A DNA stretch of 64,000 nt, taken from NCBI RefSeq assembly GCF_964204645.1, contig NC_134029.1, positions 21,570,950 to 21,634,949 of the forward strand, written 5' to 3'. Under the pieces are notes generated by a model, which made no database searches, was not told the DNA's origin, and saw nothing but the letters and a program-made list of their open reading frames with translations. The position numbers and the translations under genes were made by a program. Shown piece after piece: positions 24,101 to 36,100 of this stretch. The stretch is from Tubulanus polymorphus (lineage: Eukaryota; Animalia; Nemertea). Every line of letters begins with the position of its first letter. Within the stretch, counting starts at the first letter, position 1.

Positions 24101-25812
24101 CTTGGCACTCGCTCAGCGTGGAAACTTTCCTTTTTTAACTGAAGACCTTTCTATCAATTTCTTTGTGCGCCTGTCAGTCTGCCCCTGGGTACTGGACTGG
24201 ACAGCAGGTGAAGGACCCGGTTTTTATGGGCACATGTTATATGATTATCCCACACAGTCGCCACTAGTAGGGGAGATCACATACAATCGATTTATACACA
24301 TACTAAAATGCTCCTATTAAATTCATGACCAATGGATGGTTGGAAACGTTCTAAGTTCTAGGCTCAATAGCACCTAAAGCTTCCGCCGGTCTAGAACGAA
24401 TAAGATTAATAGAATGAGACACTGACCTGTTGTAACTGCTGTAAATTAACATGTCCTATATTTGGTTGTATTGTAGTAGGAGTGGCAGTTGTTGTAACTA
24501 TTTGAGGTTGTACTTGTTGTACGGACTGCAGAACTTGCTGTTGTTGTACGGCCGCCTGCTGTAGCACCGCAGCCTGCTGTTGTTGCTGCAACGCTTGTTG
24601 TAATTTCTGTATGAGTAATTTCTGCTGTAATTGCTGCAGTTGTTGGGTTTGCAGTAATTGTTGAACGTTGAGTTGCGGTTGAACTTGAATCTGCGGAATC
24701 TGTTGTTGTAAAGCGGCCTGTAGCTGCAGCGGTTGCAGCGTTACGTTCGGCGGCGGTTTCACCTCCAGCGGTTCCTTCGCGTAGCGCAACAAATCAAAAT
24801 TATCCAAACTGAGTTCCTCTATACCAGCTGCAGGTGCCGAAGAAGACAGCAGCGGTCCAGTAGATGTGGCAGTGGTCAACACTGGTGCGACAGATGCCGC
24901 ATTAGTCAATACAGGATCTAGGCCTGTTTCTTGTTTGATCAATGATGGTTCTGAATTATTATTGAGCTGCTCGTCAAATATATCGGCTGATTGGTTATTA
25001 TCCGTTATAAAGCTTATCATATCTGAAAAAATACAAAAGAGATTTGTATTCTAAATTTCCATATTCTGCATAGACCGTTGTTTCAGAACAGAATCAAGGT
25101 GCTTGATAATGATTCTTCTTCAGGTGCTGTGCTGGGACCAGTTGCTCAGTTGGTTAAAGATAACCGGTGGACAAATACTGTAGTACCGTAACAATGAACT
25201 TTTGTCACTATGTCATATCTACAGATCTACTGCTGTAGGCTAACCGACTTCTTGAACAACTGGTCCAAGGTCAAGGAATTTATAAAAAGGAATCGAGCAC
25301 AAGGGATGGACAATAATTCGAGTTGACATCATCTGCAGTTTGGAGGAAATTTGAGGCCCTTGCAAATAATCGTATAGGCCTATTCAATTTACAGATCTAA
25401 ATCATTACTGACATTATACTAGTTAACAAGAAGGAATGATGATGTACAAGTGGTACTGGTGGTAGGCCTAATCTAATCCAGTTCTTTAGATTGGCAACAT
25501 TAAGCTGACATTCCATTTAAATGGGAAAAGAAAGGTAAAAGAAGCCATTGACAACATAAACAATATCAGCATACACATTGGATGAGTAAACCCGGAAGTA
25601 AAATTTAAGGATGAGGTCATAAATAAAAACACGTTTCAAACTGGAATTTCTACCCGTTTTATTCAGAACTACACCTCAAATTACACATCATTAAACTCAC
25701 CATCAATATCGCTCAGTAAATTTTCACTCAGATCGTGAGTTCCACTTAGAGTTGCCCCGAGATCCGGCAAAGGATCCGTGGAAAAAGGCTGCTGCCATAA
25801 ACCGTCAGCCAT
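9185..25812 (-). CDS. SREBP: Sterol regulatory element-binding protein (complete, 17 exons)
   Basis: Exons 25812-25701, 25022-24427, 21531-21001, 18563-18455, 17386-17276, 16670-16482, 16041-15857, 15558-15303, 14091-13931, 12552-12390, 11999-11897, 11650-11538, 11311-11179, 10847-10658, 10274-10095, 10006-9892, 9435-9185. Acidic TAD LLSDIDDMI, Q-rich region, bHLH-Zip with the diagnostic Tyr ([20 protein letters not shown]...[14 protein letters not shown]), degron-like [13 protein letters not shown] plus NP in TM1, lumenal RTLN, TM2, regulatory domain [16 protein letters not shown]. Confidence 0.97.
10502..10566 (-). ncRNA. mir-33: pre-miR-33 in SREBP intron 14
   Basis: Reverse complement of 10543-10563 is GTGCATTGTAGTTGCATTGCA, the mature miR-33-5p. 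The complementary 3p arm CGATGCATCTGCAGTGCAATCC lies at 10524-10503. Same strand as the host gene. Confidence 0.97.
12110..12347 (-). mobile_element. Dispersed repeat (PIF/Harbinger-like MITE), related to 59025-59230 and 60080-60450
   Basis: Shares GTCAAAT..TGTGAATT..CTGGTTC..GCCTCA blocks and GCCAAATTTGGCC with the other two copies in reverse orientation; AGCTG.ATCACA-type end. Confidence 0.55.
14165..14388. mobile_element. piggyBac-type (TTAA) MITE, degraded copy
   Basis: CCCTTTCAGTGC...GCACTGAAACCG; the internal block CCAGCACTTT.GGGTATTGAT..GTTAGCACTGAA is shared with 45557-45847. Confidence 0.65.
16190..16367. mobile_element. piggyBac-type MITE
   Basis: TTGA-CCCTTTCAG ... CTGAAAGGG-TTAA. 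Confidence 0.65.
21681..23950. repeat. Long inverted repeat (arms ~21681-21855 and ~23790-23950) in SREBP intron 2
   Basis: TAGTAAAACTTTCTCACACTGGTT..CGATCC.GGACACCCTAAATCAAACGC..ATTATTCGAACAATTCA..ATTTCAAAGCGCTTAG recurs reverse-complemented about 1.9 kb away. Confidence 0.85.
25135..25266. mobile_element. MITE with GGACCAGTTG TIR
   Basis: GGACCAGTTG / CAACTGGTCC ends; internal GTTAAAGATAACCGG shared with the element at ~42710-43125. Confidence 0.6.
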
Positions 25813-26469
25813 GTTTTCGTCGGGCCATGAAGATTATCAGCCAATCAGCGTCGCCGATTCAATCGGGTGATGTTCCGTATGATTGAAAATACTCTTATGA
25901 AAAGTGTATTTCCTTTGATAGTCAACTTACAGTTCAGTGATCATTTCTAAGTAACTAGCTGTAATCATATTTATCCTTGCATAATATCAGTTAATCTATT
26001 ACTTCAAATTACTTAATTTATAAAACAGTGGATAAAGCATTGCACTATTTCTTGATATTTTTGTTTAGCTTAAACATATAATCAAACGTCATTTTAACGT
26101 TTTACCGATATAGAATTGTGGAATCTGAAATGAATAAAAAATATATCATCAAAATATTTGGTCTTAGTTTTCATTTTATGATTCATCATCATGTTTGTAA
26201 ACATTATAGCGATGACGTCATGCGCCAGAATCACGTGCTATGATCTGTCAAATGAGTGAATGGGATTCCCTATTCTGACACAGCATTTTCAGTGGAAAAA
26301 TATAGAAATATCTAGAAACACCTGGACAGTGTCATTGCACCATTCTTGTTGGCGTTTATAGAGTATAAAAACCCTGTCATCAAACACACAATAATTCGCT
26401 CTGAACCGAAGAAGAAGACTTCAACACGAGATATATAAAACACGATTAGTTCCACCGATTCAGAAAATA
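25813..26469. promoter_or_regulatory. Divergent SREBP / SQSTM1 promoter region
   Basis: Only 657 bp between start codons. NF-Y AGCCAATCAG 25839-25848, SRE-like ATCACCCGAT (minus) 25862-25871, GTAAACA 26197, CRE 26213-26220, ATCACGTG 26230, GGGATTCCC 26262, ARE TGACACAGCA 26276, TATAAAA 26364. Confidence 0.8.
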
Positions 26470-28681
26470 ATGTCTGTTTCAATCAAAGCATTCAAGTTTG
26501 GAGGAAATGGTCTGGTTGGAGCACCGACTGAGATTCGCAGATTCACCTTAGACCAGGCGCTCGTTAGTAATTACAACGCGCTGAAAACCAAGATAACTCA
26601 AGTTTTCCCAGGATTGAACACGAACTGTGAGCTTTTCTGGAAAGGTAAGCATTTTTGTCGGTAACCTGTGAATTTAGTTTCATGGATTTTATATTTTCAA
26701 AAACCACTTAAGCCCATTAGATTATTTGGTAGGGCAACTAAGTAATTTTTGTCTAGCTCAATTAACTATGCCACAAGTATATCACGAGATATAAAAGCTT
26801 CTAACCTAACAATATGATTTTACTTTCTTTAGATGCAGAAGGTGATTTAATTTCATTCTCCAGTGATGATGAATTGTTGGAAGCACTCGGAAATGTTTCC
26901 GACAACGTCTTCAAAGTTTATGTGCTAGGTATGTTCTTGCTATAAAAATAATGATTACTGGGAGCAAACTGAAATAGTCCTAGAATCAATGCCAACATTT
27001 TCCTAATTGGAAAAAATCTTTTGTCTTCAGAAAGAAGCAGCACAGATAACCAAGATGGGGGTGATGATGAACCAACAGTTATTCCAAATGAGAATGAGCA
27101 AAAGGATGGCAAGGCACCTGAGAGTGGACCTGTCCATCCCGGTATATATTGTGATGGATGCGAGTCTGCTATTGTTGGATTTCGATACAAATGCGTAGTT
27201 TGTCCAGATTATGACTTATGTCAGACCTGTGAAGGAAAAGGCACCCATTCCGATCATATGATGGTTCGTCTGACCCATCCCAATGATAGGTCACATGTAA
27301 GTTATTTTGTCAGGTTATGAATATTGCAAATTGGATATCAGATCTAGAAATATAATCTGAAAACATAAATGCTGTTCTTTTATTCCCTATGTGGAATATA
27401 AATACATTTTGTACATGTAATGTTTATATTACTTGCCTGCTCTGATACCAAAGTCACTATACTCACGTAAAAGATGAAATCAAGAATATTTATTGATTTG
27501 ATTTTTCAGTTACGTGGAACAGGTTTTTGGTGTGGACGAAGAGGTGGAAGAAGGCATCGCAATGGAGGACATCATGGTGGTCCTCACCATGGTGGTCCTC
27601 ACCATGGTGGACCTTCTCCTTTCTTCAGATTCATGGGACCTGGTGGACCTGGAGTTCCACCACCGCCACCTCATCATTGGAACTTTATGAACCATGGATG
27701 CGCAAATATGCCAGAATTCTGGAAAGCTTGGAGTGAGCAGTTTAAGCCGAAAACTGAGAAATCAGCTACACAAGGGGCCGCAAGTAATGAACAGCAGAAG
27801 ACAGATTCAAATGAGGCATCTGATGGAATGAATGAGAATAACGGTGAAGAAATACTGAGAAATATGGGAGAAACAGTCGCTGCATTCCTTGAGCCATTCG
27901 GTAAGTTACCTATAAGTATCTGACCCTGTATTAATGTATATAATGGAACCCCGTTTCAGCTTATGTGAACAAGAATGAGCATTTGAATAGATTATTTTGA
28001 TATTGTTACATCTTGAAATTAAAAGAGTTTGTTAGAATGAATTTCTACTGTCTTTGAGCTGTATAGAAATTTCTATATTTTAGTGTGTTAAAATCAAATT
28101 TTCGTTGTCTTTAAGCTAATATATTTTGTTCTTTTGTACAGGAATCGACGTCGCTGTCGATATCGAGCATGGTGATAAACGAGAACGCATAAATCCGTTT
28201 GGAAATCCTAATCAATCTCAGTCTGACGCTAACGCCCCGACAGCTCCACAAACCCAACAGACACCATCAACAAGTGGTGCTGCACAGGCCAGTACAGGTG
28301 AACAGATGGATGTAGATCAGAGTACTGGAGAAGCCACAACTGCGAAGACATCCGAATCTTCAAATGCTAATAAAACTGGTGAAACTGAATGGACTTTCGT
28401 GATACCACCGGATACAGTCCCAGAACCTGCGACACCAGGTAATATCATAGGCTATTTGAAAATGTCATCTTGATTCTATCGTAAATCGTAGAATATTATT
28501 AAGGCAATAATTTCTATTTTCAGAACCTAAAATCCAGAAAGCGCTTGAAACAATGACGTCGATGGGATTCACTGATGAAGATGGTTGGCTCACACGGTTA
28601 CTGGTAGCTAAGGATGGAGATATCGTTCGTGTTCTGGATGCTATCAGACCACAGCCTCCAGCTTCCAATAAAACAGTCTAA
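26470..28681 (+). CDS. SQSTM1: Sequestosome-1 / p62 (Ref(2)P orthologue)
   Basis: Exons 26470-26644, 26833-26928, 27031-27296, 27510-27900, 28142-28438, 28524-28681. PB1 (IKAF..EIRRF..WKDAEGDLI..DDEL), ZZ finger (HPGIYCDGC..RYKCVVCPDYDLCQTC), FLEPFGIDVAVDIEH, LIR ETEWTFV, UBA MGFTDEDGWLTRLL. AATAAA at 28943. Confidence 0.96.
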
Positions 28682-30137
28682 ATACATCAGCTACTTGTAG
28701 AATGCCATTATATTCAATAATTTATCGAGAAAAATGGCTCATAAAATGTCATATTAATGTAATGACTTCTATATCGGTAGGCCAGCTTTACATTTTAAGT
28801 ACCGTATATTCTGTATCAGTTGGTTTTAGAATTTTAATGATCTGTTGTATTCTGACTATGATTGTATTTTAGTCAATGATTTGATTAATATAACTCATTC
28901 TAAAATGTAATTGCCAGCAACTCTGTCAAAATTTGCTTGAAAAATAAATATTTGATTCTATCATAATTAAACTGTTGTATCATTTTGGATCGTAATGCAC
29001 CTTAGAGGAGAAAGGACGTTTGATGACACGTTGCTGTATCTAGTCAATTTGTGATATCTAGGAAAATCGGGTATAAACGGTTAGATTCAAAGGTATAATT
29101 GTGTCATTTTCTATCCACTGGCATTAAGATCATGCGGTTTTTCGAATAAAACTTTGCGGGCCGCTAATTTATCGTCGTTTCTATTCTGAACAAGTTTCCA
29201 CTTTTTGAACCGCCTACACGGCAGAGTTATTCTAACATGCCCGATAAGAGGATCTCGAGAAGCTTACGTTTAACTACACGTTATAAAGACACGCAGATTA
29301 GACGTGGCGTATTTTACGTCGCCTTGAGCAGTGACAAAAGGTAAAATGTTAACAAATCGAATGAGATGATGACAATTAATGATAGGTGTCAGTCACAGGA
29401 ATATCTCAATTATTGAGTCCTTACAAATTCTTGATAGATTAATTAGTGCTAATTAAATGTTAATTAGGTCTTCAAGTTCATCCGTTAAAAGTTACAGAAA
29501 TATCACGAAAACCGTTTTTGTCGATACTTAGTTCGTGTTTGATATGTATCTAAATCGCCATTTTCAGATTTTCGTAAATTTTTGAGCAATAAAACTTGGA
29601 TTTCGATGTGTAGATATCAAAACAAACCCGATTTAGAACGATTAATACCTCCTCTTAAATGGTAAGCATTCAAAACATACGATACATTCTAATAACCGGT
29701 TCTTAATAAGTTTCTAAACATGAAATAAAACCATGGCAAAAACAAACATTCGATTCGCTGTGGTGTGTGTGTTTTTTTTGTTGAAATTTTTGAATTTTGT
29801 CCCAACTCCATCAAAAACGTTCACGTCTGAGAGGCTCGAGTTTGACATTCAGCTATCCTTGGATAGAAATGAATGAGTGACTACCTTGAGCCACAAATGG
29901 GCCAATACCTTCTCGTGGTTTTATTAGTTTCACGATCAGATATTTTCACACATCCGAAGATAAAAGCTTACCACCAATGATTTGGTAACTAACTAACTGT
30001 TGATGATCTGCCTTAGCGCAATAATCCACCTCATTTGTTTAATCTTCAATTTTTGCTGTTACAGATTAAACTGGAATTATTTTGACGCTGTTGTCGGAGC
30101 CTTCCCGATGTTTATCATACTACATTAGTCGGATGTC

Positions 30138-33100
30138 ATGTCGTGTGCTAATGAAAGCAGTAATACTGATGATTCTTATAAAACCCAGCCGAAATCTACG
30201 ATAAACATGAAAATAACGACGAGTCTTCCGAAATCAAACGATGTTCCCCCTACCGAGGAGGATGCTACTCAACCGGTAAGCGTTCTCAAGGCTCAGTTTA
30301 TATGATTCTTGAGAGTAAGATTGTTGCTCTGATTGTCGGTATCATATCAAAAAGATACTGGAAAGAATGAAATTAAACATAAATGGTAAATCAGAAATTC
30401 ATTGTACCCTGTTCAGTGGTAGAATTCTTACCTGCCTGTCTGGATATTTTCATTTCTAAAAGCATCTTGATAGGACACTGTCAAAATCGAACCCTGATTC
30501 TACTCAAATAACCTTTGTATTACTGATATAAACTGAAATATGACTCAAAATCGGTTTAATTGTTTCTTTACGTCGACATCTTAATCTTTTCTTCTGCTTT
30601 CTAAACATGAGGAAATTTTCAAGCAGAGGATCTAGGCTCCGCTGATAGATTAGTGTCGTTTTGAATTGTAATTTGAAATTCCGAGGACAGACCTTGGAAA
30701 CAGTGATTAGTGCCTATAGCGTATAGGTGGCGCTTCATGGCTACTCTTCATATGTGTGGCGAGATCCTTTACCTGGTGATAGCATCGTAAAAATAGCTTT
30801 AAGTTAGAAACATTTGCGCCGGAGTTAGAGCGGCCTACTACAAATAGTTGTTAGTTAGGAAGTCTGCCAAATGGAAAGCCTCTCATAGTTTATTCCTCAG
30901 TGTAACACAGCTCCGCGTACACGTACGCAGTAAGATGGTAATTAATAAAGATAGAGATAGATGTAGAGTTATTGAGTCAGTGTCTGGGTTTGAGTTTAAG
31001 CGAGGTGTCTGGTGGTTATTTTACGATTGAGTCACACGGATTCTGAATGAGTCATCGAGAAAGATACACATTACACATTATGTCACCATCGTCGTACTTT
31101 TTGTATACTTTTCCATATTCGCGTAAATAATTCCTCGAATCGTAAGCAGAATGGAGCTTGTTTATTTGTCTGTTTTGATTTATGCGCCTCGTGGCCCCCC
31201 TGACTCGTTTTTGTCGGTACGAGTAAAAACCGCCGAAATTTTATGCGTCAAATTATAGCGCGGAACAATGTTATAAAACCATTTAATTTCGAGTCTATTC
31301 AGAATTTCGGCGATAAATTTTCGCTGTATGTCATTTGTTTTCTGGCTATTCGGGGTGAGTGTTCATGTATCGCGTAGCTTAGTATGAAAGATGTATTTTC
31401 GCGTTAGCGGCTAATATCGTTAATGCGTGCGCCCGCGTAAATTACGTTTTCCCCCCTTACGCATTTAAACGGAAACGCTTTTGATACGGTAGTGGTTTCC
31501 ATGACGACTGAGGATGTTATAAATCAGGTGTCATTTGTTGGTGGTGCGATTAAAATAGCGACAAATACCGACTAGACGAGAGAGGAGTGATCATAATACC
31601 GACCTGACGAGAGAAGTGATCAAAATGACAGCTATAGCTCGAGACAGAAAAGTGTAGTGTGGCATTATCACGTCTATGATTACGACCTAAACTTATCACC
31701 ACCTACGCATCGTATGGCGGTCTGTCGATTAGATTATTCGGTCTACAGATTTTTCAAGAAAAAATCGAAGGGCAATAGGGAACAGACAAAAATGAACAAA
31801 AGAAAATTTTGAAATTGAAAAGAATATGAAAAATGTTTAAATTTTTTCCTTATGCCCTTCCATTATATCTTTTTGATCGGACTAATTTACTAATTCTTGA
31901 AATCATTTTTCCGATGAATTCTCTTTCTTTGTCTATCGGTAGGACCTATGGGACTTGTTAGGAGATTTCAACCTTGTTTTTTTAATGTGATTTTTAGGTA
32001 TTTTGGCGTAAATGAATTCCGTTGACTGGATAGAAGGCTTTTGTCTCACACCGGGCACGTCTCCAACGTTTCCATGTTTTTCCCGTGTACCTATCTGTAG
32101 CAGCTGTGTGTCCTTAAACTGATTTCTTTTTTTTCAAAATACAGCAATTTAGATTTCCATTGTTCAGAAAAAATTGATTGTCTACGTACGCGGGTATGGA
32201 AGTGTCGTACCCGAAGGCGATGCGCGCCGGTGCCGTACATTTCGACGCGTTCTTTACCTAGTCGGTAAAGTAGATGGATGGATATAAACGGATATTATAT
32301 CTCATCAAAGCTTTCCGTTAGATAAACACGATGGGGGTAAACAGGCTGGGTTTACTGCACTGGGAATTGCGAGTGTTTGAGTAAAGTGGCGATACTTCTC
32401 TACACTCCCGAGATCAAAGCGTTCCTATCGATCACCTGCGTGCGTTCAGTCGTAGTGTTTCACCTTCGCTGTAGATTTACTCGTAATAGCGCTAGTAGCG
32501 ATATTTCCCCCGTTTCCTCCTCGAGATGCTCAATTGGTTGTCTTGTGTGTTCCATCACCCGCTAATAAGCGATCGAGGTTATACTCGACCTTATCGTTGA
32601 TTCAGTGAATGATGACGCTTTTAATGACAATGCCGAATTGATTAGTGCTTGTATTTATATATACGAACGCTTACGCTGATCTATTCTTGATGGACAGCAC
32701 TTCTCGGTGTAAGCGCCGAGCATCCTCGCTTGCCGGGGTTTGATTGCCTCCTGCCGAATCTCACGCCAACACATACCCTGGCAGCGGTTCCTTCATTTGT
32801 CCATTACACCGTCCTAGGGTGGTCCGTATCTTGGGTGGACAGATAGCTGCGCTGCGGTCTCCAGTCTATGTATATTGTATCAAACCAATCGGATGCGTTG
32901 TTTTTTTCACCAGCAGATTCGCTCAATCGATACAACGCATTCGTTTAGCTAAAGACTGGTGGTCGCCAGAGAAATCTTGGGCGGTGTAATAGACGAATGA
33001 ACGGTCTGTGGCCGGGTATTATGTTGGCGTAAGCTTCGGCGGGAGGCGATAAAACCCTGGCAAGCGAGGATGGTGCTGTAATGCCCTATGGTGGTGTGTA

Positions 33101-36100
33101 TCGGTATCGCGCTAGTCCGACGAAGTATCGCTTTTCTATTATAAATCACGGCTTGCATAACAACAGCCCCGAGTGCACGCCGGGCTGTGCGTGGTTATGA
33201 GAGCGAGCGCATAGCAATTCATACCCCGCAACAAACATCTTCCAGCGTCGATGAGGATGTCATCTCTATTCGACGGAAGCAGTTGCCATGGATACAGTCG
33301 TTGAAATTCAGCAAAAATAACAACCTGTTGTAGTTAAGCGTTGGTGTAAATAGCTGAGATGATGTCTACGCGGCTGTCTGCTGCGGCGGTGGCGATGGTG
33401 TAATCGGTTTCATCAATCAACCATCAGTCATTGGCTGTAGCTGATCACCGTCGAACCGTCTCTTCGGTTAACCTACTATTACTACTACTACTACTGAGCC
33501 TCTGTACTATCATCAGGTATGACTTACTTACTTTTTGTCTCGTGTCTAGACGGATGAAATCATGTATATATAGAATTCATTAATTTCGTTAGGTCGTCGT
33601 CGCTCGAGGCTTTTATATCTTTTATATCGGCTGTTGTGCTATTGTGTTTATATGCGTTGGTATTCGTGGTTGTTAATCGCATTAGTCGGATACCCGTGCG
33701 GGTAATCCCGCCGCGGAAAAAAAATCTGCCGAAGTTTGCGTTTCTAAATTTAGACACGTACGCGCGCGCGGTGTTGACGATAGTAGCGGGCGTATTTATA
33801 AAATCTACGAGAGCATTTTATTGTTATGAACTTGATTATCGCCTGCGTTTGTTGTCGTTCTATATTCGGACGCAGAGTTCAACGCGGTTGTTATTGTGAT
33901 CAGGGGGTGACGTCGCGCGGTATTGTTTCGGTGAATTCCGTCATCTCGCCGGAGCAGACCGCGACGCGAGATGCGATAGGTTACCGTGACAGCTGTTTTT
34001 CTATTGTTAGTATCGACGGTGGTCGAAGCCCCAGCTGTCCGCGCGATACGAGTCAGTATATCTATTGTCTGCCCGACGATTGTGACGGATTTCTAATCAT
34101 CGCGAAGAATATCTCGCGTTGCGGTTGTTATATGGATATTTTATGTGATTTTCGGAAATATCGTCTTTTAGGTAAGCCGCGATAAATCAAGCCTCCAGAC
34201 GGGCATCTTGGATCTGACTATGACTACTATTTGAGGGTAGTTTCTTCCCTTTTAAAGAACCTTCTCTCAAAACTGCTGAAAATAATCGTAAAATCGGGAT
34301 AATGTCTTGTACATTTTCAATTAAACTTTTTTTGATGTCGAATTATTCTGATTGGTGGTGTAAACGAGATATCAGGTACAAGTAGACTGCTGATTTTACT
34401 CCGCAGTTGAGGAGAGAGGGTTCAATCTAAGGACAGTCGAGATGAAGTCTTGTCATTGAAATCAGTCTCAGTTGACGCAATCAGTTATTATTGTGCCGTC
34501 CAAGTCATCTTTATGTCCATCTGTTACAAATGGACAATGTTGGTTTGCGCATAGGGTTCGTGTATTGATTAGTTGTCTGTCTGTTGAGGATTGTTGTTAC
34601 TAACTGGTGTATATAGTAACACACCGACTGCTGTATCCTGATAGTATTGATCTAGTGCAGATTGAATTAGGCTTCAGTCGTCTGTCAATCTGTTTAGCTT
34701 CCTCCTTATGCGCGTTATCCGCGTCTGATACCGTAATTGATCTGAAACGTGTCGAGGAGAGACATTTCCGTGGATATGTGATGTGTCGCGTATTTTCGTG
34801 CCGTTGTTGTGCATCAAACATTTTCAAAGTGTCACGTCTTCAGACAGGAGCGGCTTCACATTGCGTGAGCGGATGTGAAAAATAAAAACCCGATTCAGGA
34901 AGATTACTCACGAGGTCTTAACAACTTATTTCTTGTTTTCACTGGATATCTTGCAAAACCTTCAATTAGTCGATAGGTTATCATGGGAAAATGTAACGCC
35001 TGGTGTGGGATGTTTTTACTTTCGCGCGGAGAGGAGAGAGTCCGTGTAGCAAAAACTGTGTAATTAATCAGGAATTTACCTGTATAGCCAGTATATACCT
35101 GTTATTCTTGGCAGACTGTGTATATGTTCGTGTTCGTTTGTCTGCGGTGTCTCGGTTGTTGCTAAATACACCCTTCAACCCTTTTTTTTTTCTATCCGAC
35201 AAATTTCTTGGAAACATTGATGTATCATTGGAAAAATACCGCGCGCGGTTGAAACCGCTTGTGGTTTAGGGAAACCAGATTTTGTATATGTTTTGTTTGA
35301 TGATCCGGCGTCTGAAAACAGTTGGGTTTTTTTTTTCAGGCGACTAATCGAAAATTGAAGTAACTCGAGAACTTTAGTTCGAATATAGACTCGTCGTAAA
35401 TGAAGACCCTTGATCTTAGTTTCAGCAACCCCTGTATCTCAGTCCTGGGTCTCAATCGCGTATTGTGAAAAAAGTGTATAATGCACACGATGCAGGGAAA
35501 TGCAGAAACAGGAAACATAAATATGTTTAACAGCATTTCCCTGCGTTGTCTGCATTTATGAGAAATGAGATGTTTTCGATGTTTCCGAGATGTTTTCTAT
35601 GTTTCCGAGATGTTTGATTCTGTGTTTCCATGTTTCCCAGTGTCATGTACATTAGGCTTTTGAGGGAACTCGGATAACGCTTGCTGTTTTTATGTTTCTA
35701 CAGTAAATGTTTTTTATGTTTCAGGTTGTTGACGAAGATAAAGACAACAACAAAGACAATATGAGATTCCGAGAAGGATTAGTGCCCGTCGTCGGTCAAA
35801 GCGTCTGGAATAATAAACAAGTAGAAGAACTAATCCTACAAGATGAAGACGTCGCCAACTTGGCCGAGTCGTTGTCGATCGAGAACAACGCGCCGCCTCG
35901 TAAAGTCGAACTGCCCCCTGGTGGCGAGTTACAAGAGATCGACGAGGAGGACCTGGCCGCGTTGTTGCCGGATATGGATAATTCCGATTCGGTCGGATTC
36001 AGTTTCGATTCGAGCGTACAAGCGGAGGATGCGGACGCCGTCGTCAAACAATCGGACGATTTAATCGATGAAAAAGCGGAGGATTCCGATTTAACGTTCA

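Noticed and set aside
25133-25165. tRNA-like start (GTTGCTCAGTTGGTTAAAG)
   Set aside because: No T-loop/B-box or cloverleaf follows; it is the end of a MITE.
31767-31860. Inverted repeat GAAGGGCA..AGG / CCTTATGCCCTTC
   Set aside because: Short arms around an A-rich spacer; probably a degraded MITE with no further support.
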